From positions 356,839 to 420,838 of the forward strand of contig JABHSG010000003.1 of NCBI GenBank assembly GCA_018697095.1: DNA of 64,000 nt, given 5' to 3'. Source of the DNA: an archaeon. GTDB taxonomy: Archaea > Nanobdellota > Nanobdellia > Woesearchaeales > GW2011-AR9. Both the position numbers and the translations under genes were made by a program. Below the pieces are notes generated by a model. That model made no database searches and was not told the DNA's origin. It saw only the letters and a program-made list of their open reading frames with translations. Shown here piece after piece: positions 60,969-64,000 of this stretch (within the stretch, counting starts at the first letter, position 1; every line of letters starts with the position of its first letter).

Positions 60969-62663
60969 CTAAACGTACTTACCAAGACCCAATTGCCCTT
61001 TACGTTTCCCATCCTTCACCTTATCAACTTTCTGACCAAGTTGTTCTTTGACATTCGCTGCCACTTTAGTCCCAAGTAGCTTTCCAAGACTTCCAGAATC
61101 ACTCTCTTTCAAATCACCAACATCCTTGATTCCATTAGAAAATAATAACCTTGCACGTTTACGTCCAATCCCTTTAAGTCGCAACAATGATAACAACTCT
61201 TCTCGAACCCCATTTTTAACACGTATTCGTAGCCGTACCAAATCCCTTTTCAACGATTTTAAACCAAGTACTTCACAAATTTCAATACAAGAATAAATTA
61301 ACCAATTAGCATTTTCAAGTTTGTAGCGTATCTCCCCAGGACGGATGTTAAACACCTCAAGGAGCTTATCTTCGCCAATTTCATTAATCCAAGCTTCAAA
61401 AAATCCAGCAGTTTTGATTGACTGCATAAATTCATCGTATTCTAAATCAAATTGGTCGGGCTCACTTTCGAGTAAAAATTCATAATTGTCAAGCAAAAAT
61501 CCCTGGACCATTTCTTGCTCCTTTACTTTAATCCGAAGTAGCGGTCGCATCTCAAGAGTATGACTAATCATTTGCAAATACGAAAATGCATTTACTTTAC
61601 CACTTTTCTTATCGCTAGAATCACTTCCATTACTATCTCGGCTAGTAGCTTCTTTCAAACGACCAATAAGTAGCGCAGCAGTTAATGGGTCAAGATACAA
61701 TTCAGCAATCCGTCTACCAATAGCAGTAACTCGTAGGGACCTATTACGTGCAGATCCATCTCCTAAATCCCCAGAAGATTCATCATCAACCAAAGAAAGG
61801 CCAGTTACAAAATCGCCAGTAGAAGACACACGTGCCTTATCACTCTCATCACTATCAACAAACACTTTTCCATCAACAAGCAAAAATTCCCACTCCCAAA
61901 GCAAACTAAGCATCTTTTGCATAATACTTTCAAGTTCTTCCATGTCACCATACTGTGCTGCCCAAAATGTTTTAGAAAAAAATGATCGCATAGAATTTTC
62001 ATCACGAATTAATCCAGAACTAATCAGAGATAGTAAATACATCCGTAGGACTGGCTCAACTGCCAATTTGGAATAAATCTCTTCAGGCTCTCCTAAAACG
62101 TACCTGTTATACACTTCATCCTTTTCACTTTCACTTTTAACAATCGCAATTGCTTCGCCAAATTTTTCATACTCAGGGCGACCCGCTCGTCCAGCCATTT
62201 GTAAATACTCAAGTACCGGAATCCAATTCATTCCAAAGCGACCACTATAACGTTTCAAAGATTTCAATATCACACGAAAAACAGGTAAACTAAGTCCAGC
62301 AGCCAATGTTGGCGTAGCACATATTACTTTGATTTTACCATTTCGAAATTCATCTTCAACTAAACTCTTTTGTTTAGAAGCAAGTCCAGAATGATGAAAC
62401 GCAATCCCTTTAGGAATCATCATAGCCAAGCGTTTACACTGTTTTGTAGGAGTTCCAACAGCCTTTAATGCGCTCTCGCGAAATTCCAAATGCTCATTAA
62501 CAAATGCAAAATCAGACTTAAATGAATAAGATCTTCCCTTTACAACGCAGCGCTTCGCAATATCCTCAGCAGTCTTTTCGGCGCTCGCTCTAGAACTACA
62601 AAACACAATAGCTTGTTTGCCAGCATTTATTGTTTCCAATGCCAAAGCAATAGTATCATCCAT
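60969..62663 (-). CDS. Hel308/Ski2-type helicase, C-terminal portion only (RecA2 + WH + ratchet + HhH)
   Basis: Motif IV AIVFCSSR. Motif V TPTLAAGLSLP. Motif VI QMAGRAGRP. C-terminal HhH LKGIGRKRARLL. Confidence 0.75.
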   Translation of the reverse strand: MDDTIALALETINAGKQAIVFCSSRASAEKTAEDIAKRCVVKGRSYSFKSDFAFVNEHLEFRESALKAVGTPTKQCKRLAMMIPKGIAFHHSGLASKQKSLVEDEFRNGKIKVICATPTLAAGLSLPVFRVILKSLKRYSGRFGMNWIPVLEYLQMAGRAGRPEYEKFGEAIAIVKSESEKDEVYNRYVLGEPEEIYSKLAVEPVLRMYLLSLISSGLIRDENSMRSFFSKTFWAAQYGDMEELESIMQKMLSLLWEWEFLLVDGKVFVDSDESDKARVSSTGDFVTGLSLVDDESSGDLGDGSARNRSLRVTAIGRRIAELYLDPLTAALLIGRLKEATSRDSNGSDSSDKKSGKVNAFSYLQMISHTLEMRPLLRIKVKEQEMVQGFLLDNYEFLLESEPDQFDLEYDEFMQSIKTAGFFEAWINEIGEDKLLEVFNIRPGEIRYKLENANWLIYSCIEICEVLGLKSLKRDLVRLRIRVKNGVREELLSLLRLKGIGRKRARLLFSNGIKDVGDLKESDSGSLGKLLGTKVAANVKEQLGQKVDKVKDGKRKGQLGLGKYV

Positions 62664-62712
62664 TAATTATCACAAAAAATTCAAGAACATGTCAAGATAT
62701 AAGTGTTGTGCC

Positions 62713-63168
62713 CTATCCTCGCGGGCGATTTGGATTAAGGTATGAAAACCCAGTGATATAACAACGAGGAGTAAAAGGCATAATAGGTAATACATTACAT
62801 TCAAAAGAAACTCTTACTGGTATCTCATCAACAAAAAACATGCTTAAATCATCATAGCTGCATGGAAGTTGATTCATATCTTCATGATCAATTCTTAAAT
62901 GGTATGCTCTCATTTGCTGTGTAGAAAATTCTCTGACATCACCATTATTCACAACAGTAATTTGGTCTCCAAATCCAAATTTTGATTCTTCGAAAGAACT
63001 AATCTCTCCTTGAAAAACTCCTTTTGACATTGTTGTATCTGCTAATGAAGAATATACTCTATTGACACAAACGCCTAAAAATAAAGAAGAAGCTGTAATC
63101 GCAAGACCACTAACTACACCAGAATATATCGCACGAGACCCTTTATCTAGAAATGACATGGTATTCAA
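62713..63168 (-). CDS. hypothetical protein with N-terminal hydrophobic segment
   Basis: 151-aa ORF immediately upstream of the helicase fragment. No helicase or intein motifs. Confidence 0.3.
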   Translation of the reverse strand: MNTMSFLDKGSRAIYSGVVSGLAITASSLFLGVCVNRVYSSLADTTMSKGVFQGEISSFEESKFGFGDQITVVNNGDVREFSTQQMRAYHLRIDHEDMNQLPCSYDDLSMFFVDEIPVRVSFECNVLPIMPFTPRCYITGFSYLNPNRPRG

Positions 63169-63238
63169 AAATGAACCTACTTTAAAAGAATTACTAAAAG
63201 AAAAACGAAAACAAAGAATTACATCTTTGTATACTAAC

Positions 63239-63874
63239 CTATCTTACAGGAGGTAAAGGTGAATTTCCTTCTGTCACTTCATTATCGCTCATTATTCCTC
63301 TTGGTGAAGGTACTTCAATAACATATTTTCTTACTATCGGAACAGTAGGATGACCTCTTGTGCAAGCAACCAAATCTCTTACTCTTTTTTTTCTTGCAGC
63401 AAGAACATCTCTTGCAACAGAATCAATTGTTTCTTTACCTTCAATAAGTTTTGCAAATCTATTGACTCTATAACTCAAAGCATCATAAACCCTTCTGTCA
63501 GAGATATCATGATCAATTAACCCTGGTCCGTAAGATAAACTAACATCAACAATAACGCTATAAACTTCACTAAGAGTCATCTCTTTTGAAGAGACTAAAT
63601 ATTTTGCTAGGGCAACAAAACCCCCTGTGGCATCCTGTATCGACAAATCGTATGGCACTGAAAAGTTGCCTCCAAGCACTCCAATCTCATTAGCAACTCG
63701 TGTAGTAGAATACGGGGCCTTAGAAGTTCTATCTGTATGGCTTAAAACAAACAAATCTTTTAAAAATCCCTGGATTAAAGCAGATTTTTTTGCATCAGCC
63801 CCTGGGAGATCTAAACTATCTCTCATGTAAGCGCCAAATCGGATATCAAATTCAAGTAAAGTTTGTAAACTCAT
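63239..63874 (-). CDS. hypothetical protein
   Basis: 211-aa ORF with an AT-rich promoter-like region upstream. No Walker motifs. Confidence 0.35.
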   Translation of the reverse strand: MSLQTLLEFDIRFGAYMRDSLDLPGADAKKSALIQGFLKDLFVLSHTDRTSKAPYSTTRVANEIGVLGGNFSVPYDLSIQDATGGFVALAKYLVSSKEMTLSEVYSVIVDVSLSYGPGLIDHDISDRRVYDALSYRVNRFAKLIEGKETIDSVARDVLAARKKRVRDLVACTRGHPTVPIVRKYVIEVPSPRGIMSDNEVTEGNSPLPPVR

Positions 63875-64000
63875 TGAGGGACAATTTTTCTGCCCTTCCC
63901 TTAAAAAGATATCGATTTAACAAAACTAGAATTAAAACAGCATTCAAATTAACAAAGAAAAATAATGAAATAAAAACAAGAAAATAAACTCTAATCCTTC

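Noticed and set aside
60969-63874. Intein interrupting the Hel308 gene as an explanation for the missing RecA1 domain
   Set aside because: The upstream ORFs lack intein blocks (no N-terminal Cys/Ser block A, no LAGLIDADG pair, no terminal HN). They also lack Walker A/B motifs. An AT-rich promoter-like region precedes 63874.

Overview
This is an AT-rich archaeal contig, roughly 33-35% GC by eye (not computed), carrying about 70 genes on both strands. The archaeal assignment rests on: e-type ribosomal protein genes (S3Ae, L31e, L39e, S19e, L37e, L10e), Cbf5/TruB with a PUA domain, an archaeal-type AspRS, SRP54, an Sm protein, a NOG1 GTPase, and an intron-containing tRNA-Arg. The small-genome feel, the many lysine-rich tails and the many secreted ORFans suggest a DPANN-like archaeon; this is inference. 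Recognisable housekeeping content falls into four groups. (1) Pentose and nucleotide metabolism: RpiB and Rpe translationally coupled, PRPP synthetase, AMP phosphorylase. (2) Amino-sugar nucleotide synthesis: phosphoglucosamine mutase plus a GlmU-like nucleotidyltransferase, flanked by TrmB-type regulators. (3) Aminoacyl-tRNA synthetases: AspRS, ValRS, class II LysRS. (4) Other: GdhA, Fpg/Nei glycosylase, a HisC-like aminotransferase, a CPA2 antiporter with an RCK domain. The items I would look at first are as follows. (a) A class II LysRS with a ~150-aa C-terminal extension that looks like a PTH2-fold DUF2000 domain. (b) A Hel308-type helicase gene encoding only RecA2 through the HhH domain, with its own promoter, preceded by unrelated ORFs. 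(c) A new-looking six-cysteine module present four times across two secreted proteins. (d) An 8-kb surface locus containing a (TAC)12 poly-Ser microsatellite, a YadA-like repeat protein and a DsbA-cupredoxin-like fusion. (e) A secreted clan-CD (caspase/clostripain-like) peptidase candidate. (f) An APH/protein-kinase-like domain protein sitting beside an unusual P-loop NTPase whose Walker A and B motifs are ~250 aa apart. (g) A compositionally atypical 4.6-kb block of three large ORFans at the window start. Three small genes missing from the ORF track were recovered by hand: L39e, L37e and a 41-aa zinc-ribbon ORF. No CRISPR array, integrase, reverse transcriptase or restriction-modification genes were seen.
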